From the NCBI GenBank assembly GCA_024137785.1, contig JAHRHZ010000062.1:34222207-34286206 (forward strand): a stretch of 64,000 bases of DNA, read 5' to 3'. The DNA comes from Ginglymostoma cirratum. Taxonomy: Eukaryota. Shown one piece after another: positions 12,774 through 25,255 of this stretch (position 1 is its first letter; every line of letters starts with the position of its first letter). A model generated the notes under the pieces. That model was not told where the DNA came from, did no database searches, and saw only the letters and a program-made list of their open reading frames with translations. A program made the translations under genes and the position numbers.

Positions 12774-15700
12774 CACAAGGAGTTTTCATTCTTTGATTTT
12801 AACCAGTGCCTCATTCAGTTCACAAAGTAGACCACGAAACCAAATGTAAAGTATCTTGCATATTCGTAGTATAAGCTACAGTTTAAAATTGAAACAGTTG
12901 CATTCTAAGGTTCTTAGTTCCATGTAAAATGTGGGGAAGAAATGTTTGTTGCACTCATTGTCACACTTCAATCTTTGTAAGTCAAGATTTGAATGAAATA
13001 AGATGTTTTTGTTGTATTGCAGTATTAGTTTAAATCATTACTGCTAATTATTTTTAAGTATAGTTTTTAAAATGGAGAGTTGAAGTACTGTCTTTCTAAT
13101 TTAAAGATTTACGTATTTTTAGTTTGAGTACCAGACCTGCTTGTCCACTGGTATTTAATCCATTTTTTATCGTTGTAGAAACTGTGCTGTTAATTTCCTT
13201 CAAAGACATTTCATGCAATATATATGAATTTTGTGTTTGAAGTAAGGGGTATGTTAGGTGGAAAGCTTAACTTGTTCAGGCTCTTCACAAGCACAACAAA
13301 TGACTGAATAAACATAATCTTTTCCATTGGGACCGAAAATTAATATCCACGACTTTTGCAGTTCAGCTGTTCCAAACACAGTTCCTGTTTGCCATTCAGA
13401 CTGGACCTTGCTAACAGAAACAGATACGTACTAGCAAAAACACTTCTATGGCAGAGGAAGCAGAGAGAGGGAATCATGACTAATTGAAGTTGCTGTAACC
13501 TGAAGCTTTATTAGAAGATTGTTATGCATCACCTTGCTAATGAAGTTCAAATTAACTTGCAAATCCCCAAAAAGAAACTGAATGGACATTTTAGTTGGTA
13601 GGAATATAATGAAACATTTTAAATCTGATCAAACATGGTGCAAAGCTTGTGACCTCCCGTTTGCAGCTGAAGCTAACATGTTGAGGATGTATTAGAAGAG
13701 TACTTTAGCCATGTACCATGGGGAGGAAAGCGCAAAATGCATTTTCATGATATTCTGTGCTTGAATGACACATCCAGTAAGTCTGTTTTTAACACTTGAA
13801 GTATTTGTGGTAAGGTCCTCTACCAGGAATTCTAACTTTAGTCAGAGTGAGGGAGTTGTGTTTGAAAAAGTTAGTCGACAATTCATGCGGTTGAACTAGT
13901 GGAAAAGAGTCATGTTTGTCATATTTGTGGAAGCTTTAAAAAGGCTTTTTTGGTTAACTGACAACAGGGTTAGAAATTTAGTGCAAAGTGGAAACCATGA
14001 TATTAAGTTGCTGAAGCGGTGTGTTGTTGGAGGGAATTTGGTATTTCTACAATTCAGTTATTGAGTCAATACAAAAGGCAGTCTTTTGAAATTAATAGTA
14101 CTCAAAATGTATATCATCTGTTAATTTTGTTAGCCCCTTTTCCTGTTTTGCCAGTGTTTTAATCAAATAAAATATTGACAGTAAAGTAATGACATGTCAG
14201 CACGCCCAGACTTTAAATTCTAATTTATGCCAATACTTCCAATAGCGTTCTCCACAGAGTGATTCAGCAAGTGTTGCACAATATATCTTTGTTTTTAAAT
14301 CTTACAGAAATTCTGGGTAGTATCAGAACTTTGTGCCAGTGCTGACATGAGATGTCACATGCATTCTTGCAGTTCTAACTGTACAAGAGCACATTTCTTT
14401 TGATTGGTATATAGCAACATTTGAAGTATGTTGAATACTGTAGGATACAGACTTTTTGAATATGTATACTTTTTCCATATTTCCTTTCAGTAAGTACTTG
14501 ATCTTAGTCCCTGTGTTTAGAGAGCTCGAAATGGGAAAATGGTTGACTTCTGAAAACACATTTGAAGTGTCTGTGACCAAGAGCATTGCCTCCTTCACGT
14601 GGTCTGACCATCCATTATTTTCCTGTCTGTGTCCTCCAAACTCTGGTCACAAAGTCCCTGCAGTCCTTGTACTCTTAATGATACTGCTTGGTAAGAAATG
14701 ATAGAGAAGAGTTGCGTTTTTTGTTTTAAATGTAGGACAGGGATGACTTTTTCCCAAATAGAAATGAGAAGTTATATTAAAAATGCTTACTGTTATATAA
14801 TCAATGCAAATTGGGCTTGGAAGATGCAAGTTAAATAAATACACTAGTCACATTGTTTGCAATAAATTTCCATTCAACCTATCTTTCCTGTACTAGCCAA
14901 AAAGGAGAGATCTGGCCTAAACCTACTTTCCAGTTGTTGGTCCATAGCCTTTTATGTTCTAGCCCATGAAATGCACGTCCAGTTCTTGTGAAATTGAGAG
15001 TTTCTTCCACAGGCTCTTTCAGGCAGTAAGTATGACCTGTAGTTCCCTCTAAATGAGAACTTTCTGCTCAGTTCCTCTCAAATTCTTCTGCCAGTTACTT
15101 TTAGTTCATGCCAGCTTGGTTATTGCCTCTGCTGTGAGAAATGGGTCCTTTCTACACACACTATTTTGTATACTTCAAATAAATTTCACTTAAGCGTTAT
15201 CTATGCCAGAAGAAACAAGTCTAGCCTATTCAGTCTTGTTTTGTACCCAAACTCCCAATTCCTGGCAACTTCCTCGTAAATCTCAGCTGTATCCTGTCCC
15301 TTGAACTCAGATCCTTCTGAAATATTGAGAATGGAATAATGCTCTGTAATCTAATCATGGTCTAACAAGTGCTTTATAAAATTCTAGCATAACCATTCTC
15401 AATATATTACCTAATAACAATGAAAACAAGCATAAAGATCCTGTTTGCATAATAAATATCAGCACCTTTAGCTGTTTTAAAAAATACTATTGATGTTGGA
15501 AATCTGAAACAAGCAGAAAATGCCAGAGAAACTCAGTATCATTTAAATTAATTCATGAGAGATGAGCATATTGCTCATCCCTTATTATTCCTAAATTGTT
15601 AATAATCAGCAACATTGATGTGGGTATGGAGTCATACATATGCCAGACGAGGTAAGGACAGTAGTTTCCTTCCCTGATAGAGAGATAAACAGTTAGTGTT

Positions 15701-18700
15701 GAATGCTGTATGCTGACTGTTCAGAACTGAAAGGTGTTGTAAAATGTTGCTTTTTTGTTTTAAAACCTTTGACAGAGGTATGGGTTGGGGGTGAGGGGGT
15801 GGACCAAGGGAATTTGCCTTTAGCACAGGCTGTCCACACTACTTGCAGAGAGATAGAGAGTCTAAGTGACCAGTGAAGGGGGTTGGGAGAGGAGCGAGAA
15901 GAGAAGGAGAGCGAGTGAAGTCTTGGAAGAAGAGTTGAACATCCTGCTGTGCCCAAAATTCATTGAGGTGCATGCAGAATGGAATAAAATTGAATCCTTT
16001 GAGTACACATCACTCAGCATCAGAGAGGATATAGTGAATACACAAGTTAGGATTATAACCTAAGAAATAGTAGCAGGTCAAGCTCAAGTTGATCTCTTGC
16101 TCCTGTACCATCATTGGCAGTTCCTTGTCTTTTGCTTTGGGCACCCTCCCCATCTGTTATGCTTGATTATTTGTCAACATCATGAAACCATCTCCCTTCA
16201 GTTCCAAAGAAGAGTAATTTCAGTCTTGAAATTTCAACTGTCTCCACAAATGCTGCCAGACCTCCTGAGTTTATCCAGCACCTTGTTTTTATTCCTTAAT
16301 TCCACTATCCATGTCCTCCTAAGTTTTATACAATATTGAGCTTTGAGTAACTACCACAAGCTTTTTTTTTGCCCTGTCCTGAGCGCTCTGTTCTTTAACA
16401 TCAACACAAGTATACATTTGGGATTTCCACTTATTTCTTTGTGGGATCCGTGTATCTCCTTGAATACCGCCCGTGATCTGGCACTGATAGCTTGAAGTGG
16501 TTAGTTCTAATCAATTCTTGCCAAATCACACCTCGGATCAGTAAAATTGGCCTTTCCTCTAGTGAAAACTTTTACTCCCGTCTGATCTTGCCCTTTTCCA
16601 TAACTATACTGTGTTTCAGGTACTGTGATCAAAAATGCTTTCCTGCTTGTGTCCCTTGCAGACTTAGTTCCCTAAATCTAAGTTCAGAACTGTCCCATCT
16701 CTTGTTAAGCCTGTATTGGCTAAAAAAATTCATGAATTTTGCACCCTCCATAGTTTGTGATTTTGTCTCTGTTAATATTAAGGTAATTGAATCATTCACT
16801 TTTAGTGCACTTTTTTAGGCAGTTTGTGTATATATTTGCTTTTCTGTCTGACTCTGACTGTGTAAAGTCAATTTACTCAGCTTTGTGATTGCACTTTTCT
16901 TTGTGTCTTAGTTCAACCCACGTTTTATGTTCTTGTATGATCTCATTTTGTTTCTTCTAGTGTATTCTTCCTCCCGAAAGCTACAATGGTTTGTTCAACC
17001 AGTACAGAAATCTGCTTTCCTTTCTTTAGCCCACTGAGAAATTCCTGTAAACAGGAATGTTAAGCTGTCATTCTTTAGATATGAGTGAAACATAGTATAC
17101 AGACTCCTCCTTGAGGTACCTGTTAGTGCCATCAGCTTAACTGCTTTATTCAGTTGATTCTGTGTAACCACCAATCACTGAACAAAGAATCCCTTTGTTA
17201 CCTATTTTCTAGCAATTGTTTCTTTGGCTTTCCATGCTTGTTCATTAAATTTTCACCTTCTATTTTCCAACTTTAGTTCTTTCTCTTTCTGAATTTACAT
17301 TAAGGTTCCTACTCCCCTACTGATCTAATCAAAATTATCAAGATACCTATTATTTTGTCAGGAATTTGGGTTCCCTCTGATTTGCATTATAAATGAGGAG
17401 GCACTGTTCACTGTCAAATTCTTGTCACATAATCACCTCTACAAATCTAATAATTCTACTTTTCCTCCCTGTCCCCTTCAAGTTTGTAAAAACATTTATT
17501 ATTGAAGTCTTAACATGAGCTGTAAACTGCATTTTCTACTTTTCATAGTCAGAGAACTTTTCTACTAGAAACAGTAATTTTTTTTTCCTTTCTGTAACTT
17601 ATGATGTGAAAGCCATCCCAACACTGAAATTGCTAATTGTTGGGTTTCAGAATTATGGAGTTTTGAATGTGCAGCATTTTTCACCCTGTCACCCCACATT
17701 CCAGAATATTGGTTGAGGTAGATCAATGAACCCTCAGACAGATACACTCCCAAACAGTTAGTATTCCATGCAGTTTGTTCACAGTTTGATTTGCACCTTC
17801 ATCATTGCCCAAGTGCATGTTTTCCAAGAGGATTTCTGTGTAGTGATTAAGAACAGGTTCCTTGGTTCTGACTCTTAATTATCACTACACCCACACTGTT
17901 ATTGCCACACAAGAATAGTTTAACTAACACAGCAAAAAGTGGAATTCAGCCAGGAGCCTTCCTTGATTGAATGACTCGAATGCTCTTGAGATTACAGATG
18001 CCATCAAACCTTCAATGCAACATTTCAATTTTATTATTTAAATTGTTTTTATTTTTATAAAATGTTAGTGTTTATACTTTTCATGGTAAAGTTAATATTC
18101 TAAACTGCATTTGAGCAAAAAACATTTCATTGTTGAAGGAGCATGTGTCCCTGACTTGGGTAGAATTTGAACTCTGGCTGCTTGTAAGAATCTGTTGTTT
18201 AAAAGACAATTTTGACATTAAATATTTTAAAATTTTCGTTGTGTGAGATTTCTGTAGATTTTGAATAATACTTAAGTTCCAATATCTCCAGTAACAATAG
18301 TATTGAAGGCTTAATCAAAATTGAAAAAGTTGTCATAAAAGGCATCCTAATATGATGCTTTATTATTCATTCAACTAATGACAAAATGTCAGTTAATTAG
18401 TGAAAATCTGATGTTTTATACTTTTTGTATATGCTACAGTACAAGTTGGTATTGAAATATATGACCTTACAGTATGAAAGATGATCATTAGTATTACTGT
18501 GTGCTGTGCCTGGTTCACACCGTTTTGGCTGAAATGAAATACATAGTAAAACTACTCTCAAGTTGCCCCAACATAAATGTTACATGTATTTGTGAAACTT
18601 GTTCTTTTGTTTATAGCCTCGGCTGCTAACTAGAAAGCATTTGGAAGCAGAAAATTTGTACACCCCTATCCCTCCTGTTGTACACTGGAAAGAAAGCAAT

Positions 18701-21700
18701 GTTTCTGATTCTAAAGTAGAATGTTCTAATTTTGCATGGGGAATAAATCTGTATCGTTTTTTGCCTTCTAGTTTGCCTTGGAAAGATAAGATGTGATAGG
18801 GACTTGGAGAGGCATAGTCAGATTCCTTTATAAGATTTAGATTTGTCAGGCAATATGATATTTTACTTAAGAATATATATCGTGGTACTGACATATAGCA
18901 TACACAGTTGTTATCAATTTATCGTATAAATTAATTGCTGCTATCTAAAACTGGCATAGTGGTAGGATTTTCTACAAGCGGTTGGTGTGTAGCCTTTGTT
19001 TAGAATGAGAAAGTTTTTTTGTTGAGCACTTGCAGAACATTTCTGATTGGGAAGAGGTGTATGCTGGGACTTAATCAACATTGCCAAAGGGTGAGTGAGT
19101 TATGGTGTCCTTGAGGTAGTTTAAATATGTTTCCAGTGTGTTAACTCTCTGTTGGTAACTTTATTTTTATCCCTTAGTTATTTTGTGCAGGTAAATAACA
19201 TTGCAGTTAATAAAGCAACCTTAATGGCTGAACTGTTTTTTCTTGTTTGTAGCAAATGATGATTCTGGTCCAATGCCAAATCTCTGCAGAGTTAGCTGAT
19301 TTCAAAAAAAAAAGGAACTACACCTCTAAGATGGATTGGGGAAACTTTGCATGGCTTCTGATCCTGACCACAGCTTATTCTTCTAAGTTGCAAGCATATT
19401 AATTTCGATATTAGATGATGACTAGGCTATCTGAACTGTAATATTCCTGCATCAAACATGCAACTAGCTCATCTGAATGGCCACTGAGGCAAAGATATTA
19501 GAGTTTGGTGTTTGTGGATAGATGCAGGAGAGAAGCCAAAGGTTAGAATTAAAAAGGCATGTGGTGGTTATATGATCTGAAAACTTTTTATTTGAAGTGT
19601 GGAATTAGTGCAAAGAACTTGTGACATTTGTGACAAAAATATTTCAAAACCTACGACTGAATTATTATCCAATTATTGCTTGTGCAAGACAAAACTTAAT
19701 ATATTCCAGAAAATTAAGTGCACTGGTAAATTTTAGATGTCTTCCAATGGCTAGAAGCAAAAACAGCTTGACAAATTAATTTCCTGCGTTGATTTTTTTT
19801 AAACTAATAGAAACTATGGAACATAACAAAAAGAATAAATTTGCCTCACTTCCATTTGGTGAATGTGAGAATTGCAGGAGAAGTTTTGCATCCAAATAGC
19901 ATAATATTGTAGTGTGCCATATCTCTCTTTTTGAACCATATGTTCTGTTATTAAAATCAACTGCAGTATGTAGCAGTGAATTGTTTCTTATTTTGAAAGT
20001 TGATTAGTAAAAGGGGCTGGGTTGGGGATGGGGGCAGTGAGGTGGGGGATTGAAATTAAACCTTAGAAAATGACAAAATGTAAACAAAAACAGTACCCCT
20101 GACCAGGCTGCAATTCTTCAGGCAACATGGTAAATATTTTACATTACAAATTGGATGTTTTTCAAACAAGTTCCACAATGTCCAGAATTGGTTCACACTT
20201 GGATCATCTGCTTATGTTAGTAATGGTTTTCAAAACAACTTGAATTTAGTCAATTTGCCAAAGAAGCCATCAGGACTTGTAGATCAGCTTCTTAATAAAC
20301 TAAGAAGTAACGTTACCTAACATGATGGAGCCATTCCTCAGAAGTAAAATATGACCAGTTAATTTATTTGATTTTTTAAAAACATATCGTCTTGTAAAAT
20401 AAAACCATATTGAACTATCGTTGTGGAAGAAAAATATCAATTTGTGATTACTACTTTGCCGTAATGTCTGTGTGGAGTTGCATATGTTGTGGGGTTCTAT
20501 ACCACCTTGGCTGTACTTGCATATGTTCTTTGCTGCAGGCTTGCCCATGCGATCGTGCCTTTGCGATCGTGCCTAGAGCACTCTGGTTTCCAGGTGACAA
20601 ACACGATTCACGGTACAGTATCTGATCTCTGCTCTGACGTTGCAGCACCTTCTACAGTTGTAAACATCCTACTATATTAATTTTTGTCTGTTAAAATTGA
20701 ACCTTTAAGTTCATTGTAAAATTTGCTCAATTGTAATGTTTTTTTATTTTGGAAGTAATTTCTACTTGGGCTTCTGGCTTCCATAATGGTTTTTGAATGT
20801 GCTTGTTAACAGACAATGCAGAATGCCATTCAAATGACACAAATGCCATTCTGCTTTGAAATCTCAAAAAAATCAAATGACTATGTGGCAGAATACGTTT
20901 TCTTATTAAAGGAGAAAGTAATAGTGTGGTGCGATACAGGTCCCTAGTCTTTGTGGGTTCCCAATCTCCGAAGAAAGGGGAACTGTCAAATGAAAGTAAA
21001 TTACTTCCTTCAAGACAGAATAAAATTGGAGAGCAAATCTGCCTGGTTGCTTTCATGTGGTTCCTTTAGCTGACCCAAGAGTGGCATTGCTAGGTCCCTG
21101 GGAGCAGGGTTCTTAATTGCCCTCAGTCAGAGAATAATGCAAAGTGACAGAAAATTGGAGAGAAGTGATCTGTTGTAAGGAAAGAGAAGAATGTATGAAT
21201 TAAAGACATCTTGTTAAAAAGTTATGTGCCATCTAGGGAAAATACAAACATTGAAAAACATCATCAATTACATCTATAATAGATGAGTACTTGGGTTAAA
21301 TGTAGCTTTATTGTTTGTATATACTGGAAAAACAAAATGGTCTAAATTTCAATAGTGCTGAATGTTTGGCAAAATATTAACCATAAATGTATCAGTTAAT
21401 GTTGCATTTTAATGCCTTTCCATTTATCCAAATCCAAATTGCTTGAGGTCAAAGCAATCCATAAGTAACTGCTGCTTACAATTAGAGTAATTATATGAAT
21501 TGACTCAATGCTAATGTCTCAATATTTTGCCTCCATCATAATAGTCTTAGTTTATGTTGCAGCCTAATCCCATAACTTTGTCATGAGTGTTGAATTAGGC
21601 TTTCTGGCATTCCACTCTTGTTTGAATAAATCTCAAGTGCCTTACTTCATTAAAATACATTTACAAAAAACCTTGTTCCCATCGGTGAGTTTTCCAATTT

Positions 21701-22465
21701 CTGTTAATGGGATTTGAAAAATTCTTTCTTTTTGGAATACAAATTGTTTCCCCCATTGTTTCCAAATTGATTTTACTAGTCTGATTTTCTAAAAAGTTGT
21801 TTCTAATCCACGTATAAGAACTATATATTAGCAGTATGGTTCCCACCCCCTCTGCATGTATATTTCCTTTGTGCACTTGCCCTAAACATTGTCTATCTTT
21901 AGGTAGTTTCCCTGTCTATCTTTGGAGCATTCAGGATTTTATCTGGCTGCCTAATTTATTTTAACCTTCCAAATGCAGAAATCTAAAAATCTGTAACTTG
22001 TGGAAATGTCCTTATGTCTTTATTTTGAAAGCCATGTGTTTCTCTCTCCCTTCTCTTTCTTTCCCCACTGTCCCGTATCTGTGCATGTACCAGTGCTATT
22101 TTTTTGCCAAAGTTTCAATTTTTGATAGCGAATGCTAACCTAGAACTCTAAAAGAGTACAACATAAATAGTACAGCACTAAATTAGTAAATGTATGTTTT
22201 TCCACTAAAGGATATAGATTAAACCTAGGTGGCACTACTTTTTACAAAATTTATAGTAAATGACCTCTTAGTCATGTTTAATATGGCACCGCATTGTATT
22301 TGTGCCCCAGCATTAGAATATATTTTGGATCTCAGATCAGTTTTAGTAACAATTAGTGGTTTTTGGGGGAGGAAAAGGAAAAGAACCATTAATATAAACA
22401 GAAAGTAGGCTCATTTTACACCTTTAGTTTTTTAAAAATGAGTTGCTTTTCTGTCTTGTTGATAG

Positions 22466-22522
22466 ATGACGTGTAATAAAGGAGAGTCCAAACAGACTAA
22501 CCAGGACAGATTTGATATTCGG
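22466..22522 (+). CDS. CHKA: CHKA exon 3, alpha2-type cassette exon (MTCNKGESKQTNQDRFDIR)
   Basis: ttttctgtcttgttgatag| acceptor and CGG|GTAAGT donor; 57 nt, phase 0-0, open frame. It resembles the RSCNKEGSEQAQKENEFQ insert of mammalian CHKA isoform alpha2. Confidence 0.88.
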
Positions 22523-24903
22523 GTAAGTTTGTCTTAATTTGAAACTGTCTTCAGAAATTAATAAGTCTTTGTGCATGTTTGCAAAGGAAGCTCCTCTTTT
22601 CCCACCTGACCCCCACCCCCCAAAAAAGGTCTTGTGGTCAAACTTGTTCAGCTGCCTCTGACATTTCCCTTTCTTCCTTTGTTTTACTGGATCACATTTC
22701 CTCTTAGGCACCTCTTATCTTGGCTCTAAACTTGTATCTTCCCTATGTTCCCTCATACCCTCTGAGCTCACCTTGTTCATGAGAACCAATGCCTGCTGTC
22801 TTGAGCCTATTCTTGCTTAATAGCTGACCACCCAACTTGCCACCTTAGCATTAAATTTAGCTGATGCTAACAGTTCTCGCACTTGTCTTATCTCTTTCAA
22901 GTCTGCCATGATTACATTGTGCATCCAGTAATCAATGTTTAAGCCCTCAGACCTTGCACGTTACTAACTTATCTCCAACCTCCCTTCCCACATCCAAGTT
23001 GCCTTTCCCTGTCCGTGGTTACATCTTACCAGTCAGGTTCCAAGCCTGCCATAATGCCATATTAGCTAATATGAAAGCCATGTGATGGCTTATGTGATTA
23101 TGGCCATGGTAACCATTTCCTTAATTGCCTGGGTCAATTCTTATCTATCTAGTTGCAAGCAGTGTATTGCTTACAAGGGTTATATTTCCTTGTGTGTAGT
23201 TACCTCTGGTTTCCCCAGGAATCTATCTTTGGTCCCTGTACTTATCTGTATGCTGCTGTCATTGATATTAGACAAAATGGAGCATCTCCTGCCACTGCGT
23301 TGGTGCAGGAAGTCAGTCATGCTGATGTCATTGACGTGCACTTGGAGCAGAAAGTGAACCCCCATTCTACTGATGGGTAGGTGTGTGGTGCTGCTGATGT
23401 TGTCGTCTTCATCCTTGATCATCATCTCTTCCCCCCCCCCCCCCCCCAAACAAAAAAAGTTTGCTGTGCTTACCTGCCAGCTCCCTGCTACTGGTGCCTG
23501 AATATGTGCCCCATTTGGCCATGTAAAATTTACAGAGATGTTTGAAACTAGATTTTAAAAAATTGTAAAGGAACCCATTTGATTTGTCATTGTTAAAATC
23601 ATTTTCGTTTACTCCATGCCCTTAATCTTGGATACAGGAAGCTACTTAGAATCGTGGAATTCCGCCGGTTGGGAACAAGCCATTCAGCCCAACAGATGAC
23701 GGCTGGCATAATGTCAGTGCTGCCGCTGCCCAGACATTGTGTGCCCCCTGTGGCTGTGGTGGCGGCAGTGACTCAAACTCAACAGATTCTGTACATGATG
23801 GTGAGCTGTACCTCACCATCACATCTACATGTCGGACTGCTTATCTGATATCCAGTACTGGATGAGTAGAAATGTTTTCCTGACTAAATGTTAAGACAAC
23901 ATTTTTGTGCCTTCAGTCACCACCATGATTTTGCGACCTAGCCTCTGACTCTGTCTCTCTTCTTGGTAACAATTTTGAGGCTGAACCAGGCTCCCCTCAA
24001 CCTTGCTGTTAAGGCATGGGAACTGGGAACTATGAACTATCCAACTACCCATGCTATCACCTACTGTCATCTTTGTAGCATCACCGAAGTTAGACTCTGC
24101 CTTAGCTCAGCTTTTGCAGGAAACCTCATTCATGCCTTTATTATCTTTGTTATGTGCCCTCCTTGTAGATTCTCTTCACCCATCTATCTTCAACCTATCC
24201 CAAACTCTGCTGCTTATATGCTGACTTACTATTCACCTATCACACTTTTCCATCCTTTCAAATCCCTCCATGACCACCTCATCTATTTCTAAGCTGTGAC
24301 AGCCTTACATAAGTGTGCTCCTCATTCTGAACTCTCTTAATTGTTAACTGTTCTGCCATTGTTGGAGTGTCTTGGTCCTGAGATCTTGAACTTTGAATTC
24401 CTTCCCTTAAAACTTTCTGTTTCTCTTCTTCTCTCTCCCTTTTAAGACTTGTGTTCACACCTACCTCTTTTAAACAGTTTTATGATTAAAATATATCCTT
24501 GTGACCTGGTGTCACACTTTGTTTGATAATGCTCCAGTGAAGTGCCTTCTATGTTTTACTACAGTGAAAGTATTGACATTGGGCTTGTACCTTTGGTCAC
24601 ACAAAGGGAATATGTGAAATGAGTTGAACAGTCTTAGTTCCTAGTGACCATTGGCATATCAGCATAAATTACACTGAATTTGCACTAAATTTACAATCTC
24701 ACCTGGAGAAACCACAGGTTGCTTACTGTTGCAATTGCAAGACTGAGAGTAGGAAGTGACATTGAGATTCAAGTTAAGGCATTTTTTTTGGGATTGAGGA
24801 GAAGTAGCTTAACAAATGCTGCCTTATCTGGGATTGTGGTATAAATTTCCCCAGGAAATATCCCTCATTGAGCACAAATTTCACAGGAGAAAATACAAGT
24901 TAT

Positions 24904-25255
24904 TTTATTCATTCATAGGATGTGGGTAGCCCTAGCTATGTCAACATTTATTAGCCATCTGTAATTGCCCAGAGGGCAGACTATTATTCCACAGACCCAG
25001 GTAATGTTCTCGAATTCCAGGTTCAAATCTCACAATGGCATTGGGAATTGAAGGTTGTGAAACCATTATTGATTGTAGGGGAAAAAAGCTTCCTAATGTC
25101 CTTTGGGGAAGGAAATCTGCCATACTTACCTGGTCTGGCGACACATGACTCCAGACCAACACTGGTGAATTCTTAACAGCGGTCTTGGAAATGGGAGATG
25201 GACAATAAATGCTGCCCTAGCCAGTGATGTCGACATTCCATCAATAAATAAAAAG
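24904..25255. mobile_element. Two SINE-like fragments with LINE-derived tails in opposite orientation
   Basis: Begins TTTTATTCATTCATAGGATGTGGG and ends GACATTCCATCAATAAATAAAAA. Related copies at ~15540, 31650, 38150, 60370 and 60900. Confidence 0.55.

Noticed and set aside
19256-19299. ATGATGA...CTGA resembling a C/D box snoRNA
   Set aside because: Only ~44 nt between the boxes, no convincing D'/C' boxes and no recognisable guide.
23431-23447. C17 homopolymer
   Set aside because: Simple low-complexity tract; its length is unreliable in assemblies.
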